NCBI RefSeq assembly: GCF_009834535.1
Contig: NC_045696.1
Location: forward strand, 95,854,001-95,918,000
Direction of reading: 5' to 3'
Source of the DNA: Camelus ferus
Taxonomy: Eukaryota
DNA length: 64,000 nt
The notes under the pieces are model-generated. The model ran no database searches, was not told the DNA's origin, and saw only the letters and a program-made list of their open reading frames with translations. This document shows positions 27,770 to 40,815 of this stretch, one piece after another. Position numbers and translations under genes: made by a program. Position 1 is the first letter of the stretch. Each line of letters opens with the position of its first letter.

Positions 27770-29460
27770 TTCATATATACATCCTAATTAAAAACCCATT
27801 GCTACTAAAAATCCAAAGAGAACCAAATGAAAAAGGATAACTTGTAAGACAATTCAGCAAAGTAAGTGAATATAAAATTAATGCACAGAAATTTTTAAAC
27901 CCACGTATAAAAACAACCTGTAAAGAAGATACACTGTTATAAATTAGTCCCAAATGAAATTATCTATAAAAATATAGAACATATAGGAATAAAATTAAAT
28001 AGAGGCCTTCAAGGTCTCTCTGAAAGAAATTTTAAAATTCTGCGGGACACAAGGGAAGAAAGAGGCAAATGGAAAGTACAGGTCCTCAGGAAGAAAGATT
28101 CAGCACCATGAAAACATCCAGCAGTCTGTTTCAAAACGAAACAAGCTTATTCTAAAGTTCATATAGAAAACAAAGAAAAATCACTAGGGAAATTCTGAAA
28201 GAGAATAGTACTGAGGGATCATCAGTTTTTTAAAAGTCAAACATATTACAAAAACTATAATAATTAAGCCAGTACATAAATGTTATAAACCCAGAATGAA
28301 AAGCATATAATTAGATATGATAATGAAAACTGATAATGGGAAAAGGAAATATAATAATAGATGAAACATATAAAGAGATTTGGTATATAATAAAAGTGGC
28401 GTTTCAAATCAATGAAGAAAATAGTTTATTCAGTAAATGCTGTCATCAACAATAAAAAATTTAAACCTACAAGATGAAAATATGGAAGGAACATTTAAAA
28501 TAAACTTGGAGTAAAAATTTTCTTTCTAGGTGTTAACCCAAAACTCAGAAGCAAGATTAAAGGATTGATAAATTCAACTACCAAAAAAAAAATGATCAGG
28601 GCCAAGAAAAATAATCTACAGAAGGTGAAATAAAATTGGGAAACAAATCTACAACACATATCATAGACAATGCTCTAACTTCATTAATAGATAATGAACT
28701 GGTACAAATGAGTAATAAAGTGTTAAACACCCAACTGGAATCTCAGCAAAAGCCATGAACAATAGGCAAATAAATTAACAAAATAAAACCTCAAATAGCT
28801 CTTAATCACATGCAGCTACAGATATTTTCCTCTTGTCAAGCTAGCAAAGATCACAAAGTACTATTTTCAAAAAACAAAAATTACTTGCTAAGGTGTGGAA
28901 AAAGACGTTTTCATCCATTACTAGTGGGTGTATGAATTCAAACAGCCACTGAGAAGGGTGATTTAACAGTGGCAACTCAAATAAAAAGTGTGCATATCCT
29001 TTGACCCAGAAAAGCCACTTTTATAAATACAACCTGATTTGTATTGGGAACTAACATATGCAGAAGTTATTCATTTTAGTATTGTTTATAAGATCAGAAG
29101 GTTGAAAACAACCTTAATGTCTATTACTAAGAGTCTAGCTAAATAAATTGTGGTGCACATCTATGCAATGGAATAATCAGCCTCTGATTACAAGAATAAG
29201 ATGTATCTATGTAGACTGTTACAGTGAAAAATCAAGGCATCAAGCATTGTGTTTATTCTCCTAACGTATTTTCACATGGCATATATAGTTAGTTTGTGAA
29301 ATGGCTTATCTCCAAAATATACACAAAACTGGTACTAGTGATTTCCTCTTGGGAGGAGGATTAGGTGGCTACAGAGGAAGAGTGGGAGGAAGGTTTACTG
29401 TTCATTGTATATGGTTTTGAATTTTTATTTTTATAACATTTATTCAACTTAAAAAAATGA
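27770..29460 (+). mobile_element. L1ME-like ORF2 3' region and 3' UTR
   Basis: Decayed but colinear L1 motifs (ATTCTAAAGTTCATATAGAAA, CATATCCTTTGACCCAG, AAATAAATTGTGGTGCAC). Confidence 0.7.
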
Positions 29461-29559
29461 ATCAGAACTCTAAAAATCAACGCCCTACTCCTGCCTGAGG
29501 GTTTAACAGTTTCTTTTTCAGACACAGCCCCTTTAAAAAAAAAAGGAGGGACAACACCC

Positions 29560-29770
29560 AAGGTAGAGCTTCCCAGGAAATGCCAAATTGGCTTGTTAAA
29601 ACAGTAGTCTTAAATTACACACTCTCAGCTACTGTGCCTGACTGGCTCTATTATTGGCTGGCCGCCTTTCTGCTCTCCTGGTTGAAATGACTTCCATTGC
29701 GCCTGGCTTCTTGATTGCTTTAAGCAGGCATCTCTGGGATCCCTAAATCAGCCTGTTTACTCCCTCCAAA
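29560..29770. promoter_or_regulatory. Candidate enhancer/promoter in unique DNA
   Basis: TTCCCAGGAA (STAT6-type/ETS, 29570), NFI half sites TGCCAA and TTGGC (29581-29592), reverse CCAAT (29653), C/EBP-like ATTGCGC (29696), FOX TGTTTAC (29754). Motif evidence only. Confidence 0.3.
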
Positions 29771-30501
29771 GATAGCTTTATTCTCATCTACATCCACTAA
29801 GGACACAAGCAGTACTTTATCCCACCATCTGCTTTGGATTTCTCATCACAGTCCCTTTGACCCAGCCCCAGCGCAGTTTCCCACTGGCTACTCCTACTCC
29901 ACCCACATCTACAGATTAGTTCAGCACACCTAGGGGGCATTCCCCTCCTCACCACCCCCAACCCCCCCTTTAGTTACTAGCCCTGCTTCAGCTTCCTCTT
30001 CCCTAGGTGCAGATGTCCCATTTCTCAGTTCAAAGGAGAATTTCATGCAGAGCAATGATAATATGTACTGGTATGTGCAGTATGGACAATGGTTCAAAAA
30101 GGGCAGGGGTGGGAGGTAGAAGAGGAGGTGGTCAGGGCAGTTAGAAGTCCTCTACAAAAGTCCAGAGAACAACAAACAAGTACTTGGTCAGAGAATTGAG
30201 AGTTAAAATGAAGAAAAGTGAGTGAATTAAAAAAAATTTTGAGACTAAGAGAATTCAGTGACATCTAGAATACCAGAGGCAAGCATGAAGGACAATATAA
30301 TTCTTGACTTCTGGCTTGATAACTACGTGAAAGTTAATGCTTTCCTGATATGGGAAAAATAAGACACAAAAGGGTAGAGGGACAACAGGAGTTTAAGATG
30401 CTTTGATATAACTTGGCAGAGAAGTAGGGTAGGTATTTGGGTATAATAGCCAGTGGTTACTGATGACTCGACTGCACTCCAGATCTAAGAGCTTTATATA
30501 C

Positions 30502-30864
30502 TGTTATGGACTAAATGTTTATGTCTCCCCAAAATTCATATGCTGAAGTCCTAATCCTGAATAAATGGTATTAACAAAGGCAAAGCCTTTGAGAGTTAGA
30601 CCATGAGGATGGAGTTATCACAAATGGAATTAGTAACCTGACAACAGACACAAGAGCTTAACTTCCCTTACTGATCTGGACGATACAGGAAGACGACAGC
30701 ATCTGTAAACCAGTAAGGGGTACCTCATGAGACAGTGGATTTACCGTCACCTTGATTTTGGACTTTACAACCTCCAGAAGACATACCAATACTATAAGAA
30801 ATAAATTTTGTTGTTTAAGGTACTCATTCTATGATAGTGTGTTACAGCAGTCCAATCTAAGACA
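30502..30864 (+). mobile_element. MaLR solo LTR (MLT1A/B-like)
   Basis: TGTTATGGACTAAATGTTTATGTCTCCCCAAAATTCATATG...AATAAA...CTAAGACA. Confidence 0.85.
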
Positions 30865-30924
30865 TAAGTAATTCAGGCCACATAACAACCCCTGGCATTT
30901 TTATTATTATTAAGCTCATTTTTA

Positions 30925-31085
30925 TGTATTAACTCATTTAATCCTCATAACAAACTTACGAGTTTTATGCTATTTTTAAACACACTTTTCACATGAAAAA
31001 ATTGAAGTGTATAGAGGTTAAGAAATGTGCCCAAGTCAATACAGCTGATGAGGGGCAGAGCCCAGGATTTAAATTTGGGTAGTTC
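30925..31085 (-). mobile_element. MIR SINE
   Basis: Reverse-complement MIR core: CTCATTTAATCCTCATAACAA...AGAGGTTAAGAAATGTGCCCAAGTCA. Confidence 0.75.
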
Positions 31086-33474
31086 CTAAACTGAGCTCAG
31101 AGAAAAGATCTTGAGACAGAGAAATCTGTGGTGCAGTCAGTCAATAAATGGTATTTATAGCCATGAAAATGGATGACACAGTTTAAGGAGAGCATGTCAT
31201 TAAAGGAGAATTCAAGTCCTATGGAAAGTTGATGTTCTGAGGTCAATTAGAAAAGGAGGATTCAGAAAAGGTGACTAAGGAAGAAAGACCAGAAAGGTGG
31301 GAGGAAAACTCAGAGATTTGGTACCCTGCCACCCTCTTCAATGTCATTGTGTGTTTAGAATGGTCAGCTTTGTTTAAAGGTTCTGGAAAATGAAAAAGAA
31401 GAAGAAAGACAAAGGAAAGAAATGCATAAAATGTAATCAAATCAAATACGCGTGTAATAATATGGGGGGAGCAAGGGGTGGAATCTTTAAGTCTCAAGTA
31501 ATAAGTCAGAGTCATTTTCCAGATGAAAAGCCGTATTTCTAGCATAGATCTAGTAACCATGGTTTCCAAAATATGTTTGAATTTATGGGACAACTGAATT
31601 GAAGAGTATTCCAAAAACCCCAAAGCACAGTGGCCATCATCACACAGGGTAATAACGAATGTAGGCTCCTTCAAAGAAGGAGTTTCCTTTTTATTCCCAG
31701 GACCTGGAACACAGTAGACACTAAAAAAGAGTTTACTAACATTGAACATAACACAAAAAGATTCATTTAGAAGATAAGTAATTTTGAGGAAAAAATACTA
31801 TTTTCCTTTTATTTTTAATGTCATTAGACTTGCAAAGTTTGAGGTCTCAGAGTTAGAGTAGTTTCACAGTTTTCTTCCCTTGCTTTTGCCCAGGGCCATA
31901 CCAGTCAATTAAAAAATACTTCAGTTCCAACACAGCTTGAACTAGGGATTTAGGTCTTATTTACAGAGCAGAGGTCAATCTTTGAAAGAGTTACACTACT
32001 ACATCATGTAGTAATAAATGTGTAGTAATGTTTGACATTTAGAAACCTAGTACATAGAACTGTTAAATGTCAGATTTACAAGGGGAACATGTGGATTTTT
32101 AATTATAACAGCTTCATTAAATTCCAGACATGTATTCAATTACATAGAAAGAAACATTTCTTTTTTACAATTATTTAGAAACCAAAGAAATAAGTATATA
32201 TTAATACACTCTTCTTTAAACATAAATTTCGGGTCTTTCAGAGAATGCCATTTCTTATGTTTTTTAAGTACAGAAACATTTTATTGATTTTCCACAAAAT
32301 GTTTTCATTAGGGTCAGGGAAAGCTTAGGTTTTTAACCTGTCTTCTAAAAAGAGATGGAAAAAAAATGTCTAATGCAGGACCACTAGGAGTTTTGCAAAA
32401 GGCTTTCTCCACCAATGTGTAAAGAATTTCCAAGTGTCATTTATATTTTGATAAATTTGATACCTTTTTTCTTTGACATGGGGCAAAGGGAAGTGACAGA
32501 ATGGAAAAAAAGTAATGAAAACAACCAGACTGAATCTGTGCTTAGCCCATCTCCAGGTTGTCAGGTTGAGATGAGAGCCCCAGCAGAGTCCTCAAGAACC
32601 CTATGTCTGTGTGGGTTCTCAGTATACCATATGTGCCCAAGAAAAGAGAAAGAAAATACTATTTATGGAGAAATAGAAAAATGTAATCAGTAAATTTTTT
32701 TCTTCTAGTGAAGACAGCAAATAAAGGTGTTTTTCTCCACTCCTCTCTTTGAGGCCCACTGAGTAGGTCAAAACAATGAAAAATAGAGAAGGAAACATAA
32801 TCTTCAATAAGTCGAGGAAACGGCCATGTTTTCAGTGTATGATTTGGGAGACATCTGCTAAATTTTGAAGGATAATGAAAGAAAATATGTGCTACATCAG
32901 ACTTGGTGCAAGATACAGTTCTCTCTCAAAATGAGTATCATGGCCTCATAGGACGTATGGACGTATCCAGTAATTCTGTCATAGGAAAATAAGTGGTAAA
33001 GGCATGATTAGGCCATGGGGACTGGACGGTCACAGGTTGATATTACAGGACACAAAGCAGAAACCATGAAGGAGAAACCATGTTGACCCACCATTTTTGT
33101 TCTTTCTAGAAGGCCTCTCAGCTGAGGAGATGGGTAGAAAGAAGGCACGGTGGAGTGGAGTGGAGTGGAGGTAAGAGGACATACAAAGAGCATGCAACTT
33201 TTGTTGTGAGAACACCAGTCTCCTAAGTGGGGAGCTGTACCCCAGCATAAAGGAAGTGAAATATTTGATGAAAGGGTGTTTGCTACCATACATCAAACTA
33301 GTAACCAGGAGCTGGTTTTTACAAAAAGCATAAAAAGATTTAGTTTTAGAATTAACTGCTTGGAGAACAGGGTAACTTGTGTTAAACCCCTGGAGGGGGC
33401 TGCTTTTTAAGGCTATAAGAGTATTTTTTCTGATATAAGTGAGTTTCAGGTAACAGTGAGGAACAAGACATATA

Positions 33475-33585
33475 TAGGGGCCAAGACATTCTGATTTCCC
33501 CAGGTCTATCCAGGTTTCAGCACTGAGAATCCAGACCCTGAGAAACCCCTCAGTGCTGGGCAAATAAGGATGGTTTGTCAGCCAA
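33475..33585 (-). mobile_element. MER81-like hAT-Blackjack MITE
   Basis: Minus strand ACAAACCATCCTTATTTGCCCAGCACTGAGGGGTTTC...TCAGTGCTGAAACC, with degenerate TAGGG termini. Confidence 0.65.
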
Positions 33586-34289
33586 GGAAGTAACCAAAAT
33601 CCTCCAAGATTCCTTGGTGAAGGGGATCCTAAAGGCAATATTCTGACTTTAGTTTGGAAATTGCATTAGGAGGGAGGAATAAATCAAAAATATGAGTTGG
33701 GAAGAGATAGGACTTAGGTAAATGACAGGAAACATTAAGTTTGCCGGAATCTGTCACCACACTGTGCCCTTCAGTTTACTCTGATAGGCGGTTTGGGCCC
33801 TGCAAAGTCTCATGCTTGTGGTAAAATGATTAGTTGATTTCTAAGTAGTTTTTGAAGTATAATCCTGTTGCTGAAAAGTAGTAAGGAAGACATGAGGAAG
33901 CAGAGAGTACTGTCATTGTCAGATCAGATTCCAAAAAGGCAGCTGCCACGTCCCTGTATAGCAGAGGAAATTTTGGCAGTGAAAGCAGTGAATTTTATTA
34001 ACATGTCCAAAAATACTGTGCCTTGTGTGACTAATTTTATTGTTCCATTAGCTGCCTTCCTAGAACTCTTCTCTGGAGAAGTGTTAGTCATCATTAAATA
34101 AGTAAAGCCCTTTGCTCTTCCCGTGTAACACATGAGGTGGAGCAGCTCACGTGACTGACAGCTCATGCTTGCGTTTATGCACTATTAGGAGTTCAGCCAA
34201 AATTGTAAACCACAAATTTGTGATGACACCAGTTAAGCCCAAATACATGCTTTCTTCAGCTCATGTCAATTCAAGGAGAAAGGATTGTT

Positions 34290-34700
34290 TGATGGGCTGT
34301 GAGTTGAGGATTGCAGTGGTGGTAAGAAAGGGCTTGAGGAATTACTGGGAAGTAGATTAAAATGATCAATTGTAGGGTCCAGGCTGGGGAGGGAAGGACA
34401 TGAGGACACGAGAAAATGAGAGTGCAGGTAACAATCAAGACCACCACGTGATGGAAGAACAAGTTAAGGGGGTGGAAAGTTTTGGTTAAAGGATGGAATG
34501 TCAAAGTTCCAGATTTCAAAGATAAAAGTTACAACTGATAAAAGGTTCAGAGTATTGGCATGAAAGGGCCTTGCAAAAATTGAGTGAAGAAAAATGTCCT
34601 TGAAGTAGGCGACTGGCGGAATTCCTAAGGGATTAGGATGGGTCAATGTGGATGCTGAATTTTGCCCAGAATTATGTCAAGGAAGCACACTGAGCCATGA
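34290..34700 (-). mobile_element. Old L2 internal fragment
   Basis: Purine-rich decayed L2-like sequence (GGGTCAATGTGGATGCTGAA). Confidence 0.45.
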
Positions 34701-35439
34701 AAAACTCCAGGGGATTTGGTGAACCATCAAAACAGTTCTATCCTTGTCACAAATTCTCCATGTGGCTCACACTGAAATTCTTATTAGAGCAACTCTTTGT
34801 TTTGCGTTAGGGGTGTAAAAAAAAATACACACTGGGAACCTAAATTTGGGGGCAATTTTAACCTACCTATTACTATATGCAGGGCTCAGAAAAACTGCAT
34901 TAAACATCAAATGCTGAAGTAATTACTGCAACTCAGTGTGCAAGATTTCCTGGCTTTAGGTTGGTTGAGCAAAGGCCTCAAGGATAGGAAGCCAAGAATT
35001 ACTTAACTGCTTAAATATCAACAAACCTGATCTTGAAGTGAAGCCAGTCACTTCAGCCACAGGATAAAGGGAAGTTTATGGAAAAAGTGACTAAATGATC
35101 ACAATATGAATAGATTAGAAGCAGAAGGCAGAAGTACCATCTTGTGTGTATATGCTGTGGTTGTTGTAGCTCTAAAATCGTCAACATGAGTTGGGGGTGG
35201 GAAGAGAAGCAGATTCACTTTATTTAAAGTTGGATCTTTCACCTTTTCAGTCTGGTCATTCCTGAATGTCTGAGTAGCTGATTGTTCTCAAGTTTTGTAC
35301 CACTTACCTTATTTCATGCAATTTGTTCGTATCTCTCATTACTGCCCTCAGTAAGCATTAACCCAAAATTGTAGACATTAAAAGAGGAATTTTTCCAGAA
35401 ACTGAGAATCCCTGTAATTTTTAAAGAAGTTTTTCTTAA

Positions 35440-35638
35440 TAAGAGTAGCAAACATATTTACTGTGTGCCAAACACAATTTATTCTAATTCTCATCGTTAA
35501 CTTATGAAATAGATATAATCACTACTTTCATTATATCCACGTGGAAACCAAGCATGGAGAAGTTAAGTAATTTACCCAACTGAAGCCTTGATTTGAATGT
35601 GGACAGTCTGGCTTCAGGGTTCCTATTCTTAACCACTA
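35440..35638 (-). mobile_element. MIR SINE
   Basis: TACTGTGTGCCA...GGAAACCAAGCATGGAGAAGTTAAGTAATTTACCCAA...CTTAACCACT. Confidence 0.75.
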
Positions 35639-35641
35639 AAC

Positions 35642-35830
35642 CAATGGTCTTCATAGAGTGGTCCCCACCACCATGCAATGCAGCATCCTCTGGGAACTTG
35701 ATAGAAATTTAAATTCCTGGACACCACATCGGATCTACTGAATCAGAAAATTAGGAGGTGGAGCATAGGAATTTGTGTTTTAACAAGGTCTTCAGGGGAC
35801 CCTGATGCAGGCTCAGTTTGAGAGATACAG
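35642..35830. mobile_element. MER5A hAT MITE
   Basis: CAGCATCCTCTGGGAACTTGATAGAAAT...TCTACTGAATCAGAAA...TTTTAACAAG...AGTTTGAGA. Confidence 0.75.
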
Positions 35831-36499
35831 CAACACACCACCCTGCTCAGAAGCACCAGTGTGGTAACAAACATGCATAGATCACAAAGGTCGTGCTGTT
35901 AGATTTCATCCCCATGCTGGGGGGCTCAGGATAACTTGTTTCAGAATTTCTGGATTTAATTTTTACCCTGAGGCCCTGGATTCTACTGAAAGGAATTCAC
36001 TTAAAAACCCACAATAGGGTAATGTTCATGGCATAAACTGTCAGTATGTGGCTTAGAGGAGAAAAATACACTTCCTTCTTGTCCAGCATGGTTTCCACAT
36101 CTGCCCATTTTCAATTTCAACTGGAATGGTTTTGGCTAACAAGCAGTGTGCTGTAAATCACAGAGTCTGGTCCAGGTAAAAAGTTACCCAACTTTTTAGA
36201 GAGGCAAATCCATCTGGCAGAATATCTGCATTGTAAGCCCAGGCGACACCCTGACAGATCATTGCAAATTTTGCATTTCTATCACTATAAATAAGTGACT
36301 GTTGTTTTTAGAGTTTCAGCAATGTCTTTCCAAATCAAATTAAGAGATAAAATGTCATTGCCTCTGGCTAAGGGCCTATTTTTTTTAAATACTCTTTTTG
36401 CTCAAATAATGTCTCTGCATAAAAAGACTGGGAGGAGGTAAACCAGCAAGTGGAATTATGGGAGTAATTTTTCTTCTTACACTTTTATATCTCATGTCT

Positions 36500-38056
36500 T
36501 GACCTGTGTTCTGAACTCCAGATTCAGATATCGAACTGTCCACTCAATATCTATTTAAATGTCTGATAAGCAACTCAAATGTAGCATGTAAAAAACAAAA
36601 CAAAACACTCAATTTCTAGGCCTTCTCAATAAAATCCTTCACCATTCTTCCCCACTTAGTTAGAAAAACAAAGCAAAAAACCATCTTACAAATGGCAAAT
36701 GCTTGGACCAAATCTTGTGTTCATTTTCATTCGCTTTCTTTCACAAACTCTTTGCCAGTCTATCTGAAATCCTTTTTGGCCAAGTATATCCAGAATGGGA
36801 CCACTTTTCATTAATACCACAAAAGCACCCTGATTGTACCCACCACCTTTTCTCATCTGGATAATTGTGCTGTCTCCTTGGTGGTCTCCATTTTCATCCT
36901 GGCTCCATAAGTCTATAGTCCACAGGGTAGTCAGAGCAGTCCCTTTAAAACATGAGTCAGATCATGTCATTCTACTGATCAAAACTTTGCAATGGCTGCC
37001 AAGAACCATGAAGCATCTGAGATCTGATTTTATCCTATTTACAAGTAAATAAACTAGCCTGCTACTGTTTCATGGATGCTGGCAAAAGACTAAAGACTCC
37101 TGGGTCCAAAACAAGGATTTTATTACTCACAGCCTGGCAAGCAGCATGAGCACCAGCATATTTGCATCAGTTCCTCATATCCTCCAGGTTCCAAGAGGGC
37201 AACACAATGGGCCTAAATGAATATGTGCACAGACAATGGGTCTCATTGTAGGAGAGGAACACTGAGGTGGGGAAGCCCATCATTTTGTAGAAGGCACTAA
37301 GCAAGCCTGCTCTTTGTCCTGAAGAAAGAGATTGCTTCACCCCTCAAGGTTGCTTATTATAAACACAACCTTGAAAAATGGCCTGGATAAAGAGTGGTCA
37401 GGACCTTGCATTCTTGGCATACTTAGCAAGACATATCGGAGTGCCAGAGATCCTAGAAGACAGTTTCTCCCAACAATAGCTTCCCATGTAAATCAGAATA
37501 AAAGCCGAGGTCTTTATAATAACATACAAGACCTACGCTGTCTGCATTCTTCCACCCCTCTGTCTTTCCGTCTTTACAAACTCCTGTCTCTCTACTAAGC
37601 ACTCACCCTACTTTGGTCATACCAGCTTCCTTGTTGTTCCTCACACATGCCAGGTAAAATCCTGCTCAGGACTCGTGGACTTACTGCTCCTCTGCCTGGA
37701 GTGCTCTTCCTCCAGGTATTTTCAGGACCTTGCTCAAATTTTGTCTTCTCTGTGAGGCCTTTCCTGACCACTATATTTGTAACTGCTGCCTCTGGACCTC
37801 CTGGCATTCCATATTTCCCTTCCCAGCTTTATTGTTTTTACTTTGCACTTATTGCCATCTGACATATCATGACATATTATATATAATTTATGTGTCTATG
37901 TGTATATGCATGTGTGTATGTAACTTGTATGTCTATTTTATTATATATCCCTCCTCTAAGAGGAGAGTGTCATTATTTTGTTCACTGTGGATCATCAGTG
38001 TTCAAAACCAACACTACCACTCACAGTAGATGCTTAATATTTGTTGAATAAATTAG
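36500..38056 (+). mobile_element. L2a 3' region, interrupted by LTR40
   Basis: AGTCAGATCATGTCATTC...AATGGC|TTCCCAT...AGAATAAAAGCC is contiguous across the LTR. 3' end AATATTTGTTGAATAAAT. Confidence 0.85.
36997..37475 (-). mobile_element. LTR40-like ERVL solo LTR
   Basis: Minus strand TGTTGGGAGA...TGTGAGTAATAAAATCCTTG...GACCCAGGAGTC...CCAGCATCCATGAAAC...TTCTTGGCA. 5-bp TSD ATGGC/ATAGC. Confidence 0.85.
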
Positions 38057-38214
38057 TGTTTTTGTATATTTTTTCAAATTTTCTAAAATAACCATTTTTA
38101 TAATCAGAAAAAAATTACTTTCTATGTAGAAGAGTTTCCTGAATGTAGCAAGTTGTTTATATACTCAAACAATTCTATCTGACCCCAACCAGGTCCCTGG
38201 CTGAGGTAAGAATT

Positions 38215-38430
38215 GCTAGTAATAGCCAACCTTACCAAGCATTTTCCACATGTTGGGCACTTTATAAATTAGCTCATATAATTTTCACATCATTGTAAGG
38301 CATTATCCCCATTTTACCTATGAGAAAACTGAGGCTCAGCTAAGTAACTTGTCTAAGATCACAGGGTTTACAAACAGTGGAATTGGGATTATGAGCCTGG
38401 ACAGATCTGGGTAAGGAGGGCCCATGCTTG
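38215..38430 (-). mobile_element. MIR SINE
   Basis: ATTATCCCCATTTTACCTATGAGAAAACTGAGGCTCAG...AAGTAACTTGTCTAAGATCACAG. Confidence 0.85.
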
Positions 38431-40129
38431 AGGCTCTGTGCCGTGGCATGGCTACTTCAAAATGTTCTAACTTCCCCTCAAGTAACTGAGACCGATCAGT
38501 ACTATCTGGGAAAAATGCCCTGAGGCTGGATAAAGAACCATGTGGATCCTGGACCTATTTCTTCTCTCCCAAATGCTCTTCAACTCTGCTCTGCTTTGGT
38601 ATCAACTAGATCCTGAGAAGCTTCAGAACTCACACTTCTGGGTAACAAGAGAATGGGTTCCAGGACAGTGACCTGACAGGGGGTCATTCCTGCTGACTTA
38701 GAGCAGTATTTCTTTCACGGGATCTGAGAGTGGGCCATAGGATGGCTGACTCCTTCCTTACTCACAGGCCAAGTACCAGGCTTAGGGCTACTGTGGGTCA
38801 CTGATGATACTTGGCCTTGAGCCACATGTACGAGTCCTTGCATCATCACTTGCCTGTCTGTTTCAACCGTGGTGTCACTTAACTATTTGCAGCACCTGAG
38901 GATGGTGGGGCAGTGGTCTTTTACCCCGTGTGCCCCATCACTGGCACTCAGAGTGGTCAGCCCACCCCTTTCTCTGTCTGCGTCCTGCATCCAGCTGCCC
39001 TTTGGGGGCTCTAGAGACTGTGCCCACTGGCCTTGTCATCACTGCCCGTGCTTGACTCTGATCGACGTGGTGATACTGTTCTCTCCTGGGTCAGTTTTAA
39101 TCCACGCCAGATAAGGAATGGATGTTTCTTATGCAAATGGGACTGCTCTTGCTGTCCTGCCCTTGGGATGTGCATGTCTCTCCCTAGTGGTGGCAGCATA
39201 TGGAAGACACAGGCAGGGTCCACACTGAAAAGAATCATTCTCAGAATGCAGTCCTTGCAAATAAAAGTTAAAGACGTGGTTGAGTGATATGTTGCTTTAG
39301 TTTATGCTGTACAGTTCCAATCACTAAACTTACCATGAGCAGAAGATGAATTATTGTTTTCATATTTTTCTGCACACTGTGGGCAAGACTTGTATTTGTA
39401 TGTGTCACAAATACATACGTGGCACTGAACAGACCAGAATAATAATGTTTGAGAGTCACTGAAAACCAATATTTATGGCAGTCACAATACTCACGATGAT
39501 ACATCATTCAGTGACTTAACCAGTAATTAAATAAATGATATTAGGAAACTTCAAAGCAAAATCTCTATTGTTTCAATGCAGACATGTCCCAAAGAGTTGT
39601 GGCATTGTAACAATAGCTTTGCTACCTTCTTCTCATGGTGAGAGAACAGACATAAAGAGATGCCTCCCAGCACTGAGCAAGCAAGCAGAAATGGTGCCTG
39701 AACACAAAAAAACCTTCTGGGGCCAACCTTTTATTTAATATCCAAATATTAAATAAAAATAAAAGAGCGACCCTCTTCTTTATCATTGGTCACCCTTTTT
39801 AATGTATTTGTTAAAAAGGCTATTTTTATCTTAGTATTACTGTAGCCTGTTTCTCTCTTGCGATTTTTGCAACAATGAATAGTGTGATCGCTGTTTTCTT
39901 CCACTATGTGCCTTTGTCTGTAAACCCCCCTCCCAGCCTCAAATAATCATCTACTTATCTCCTGGTTCTTAGATCCCTGCTGGCCAAAAGCTCAGTTCCT
40001 CCCCCAAACTATCTCCATTTTCCTGTTTTCTACACTGTTTAGCAATCTTTTCTCTTTTTCACTTTTTCCTTCTGCAAATAAAAAGCTAAATAAGAAACAG
40101 AAAATTCATTACTTCCTAATTGCCCTAAC

Positions 40130-40315
40130 CTAGTGTTTCTTACAGTGTAACCTTCCTAATACTTTACTGAAAATCATTACAGGGATTTTAAAAATACAGA
40201 TTTCTAGGCCCCACCCAGTCCTACTGAGTCAGTCCCTTTGGGAAAATGGCCCAGGTTTCATATTTTTAATCAGCTCAGGTTGATTCTCTCATGTGCTAGC
40301 ACTCAAGATCACCAA
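40130..40315. mobile_element. MER5-like hAT MITE
   Basis: AAAAATACAGATTTCTAGGCCCCACCCAGTCCTACTGAGTCAG...CAGGTTGATTCT. Confidence 0.65.
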
Positions 40316-40569
40316 CTTAACCACGACAACAGCAAAAAACCTACCAGTGTTGTCGAACTTTAGAACACTTTATAACATCAAACGCAGAAGCCCCACAACT
40401 ATCCAGCATTGCTCCAGCTGATGGTACAAAGTGAGCCGTAGGACTGTGCTGAATACAGTTGTGTGCATTTGCTGTTATGCTGCAACTTGAAGTTTGTGCA
40501 CATGTTGTCCTGTAGCCTGAATGTCTTTTGTGCTCGTGTTGTCTAATTTCTGTGCCCTCCTCATCAGAC

Positions 40570-40815
40570 TGGGCAGGAAAGCCTTCCCTGGCTCCTCCTA
40601 ACTTTCCCTCCAGAATTCTGGTCTCCTTTGGGGTCACACTTTGCCTCTACCTCTTTTGGTAGTAACCATGACACTGTATTTCTAATTGTTACTTCATGAC
40701 ATAGTCTTCCCCTTTAAACTATGAAGTTCTTCAGAATTGTCTTTATATCTTCAACAATTTATCACCATATTTGGCCTATGCTAAGTACTTAATAAATATT
40801 TGTTGAATTAATCAA
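40570..40815 (+). mobile_element. L2 3' end
   Basis: Ends AAGTACTTAATAAATATTTGTTGAATTAAT. Confidence 0.65.

Noticed and set aside
31243..31749. 168-aa minus-strand ORF
   Set aside because: Overlaps L2-like remnants, has no recognisable homology, and its composition is typical of chance ORFs in AT-rich DNA.
33030..33638. 202-aa minus-strand ORF (longest in the track)
   Set aside because: Non-ATG start, runs through a MER81 MITE and a (GGAGT)n tract, and has no recognisable domain.
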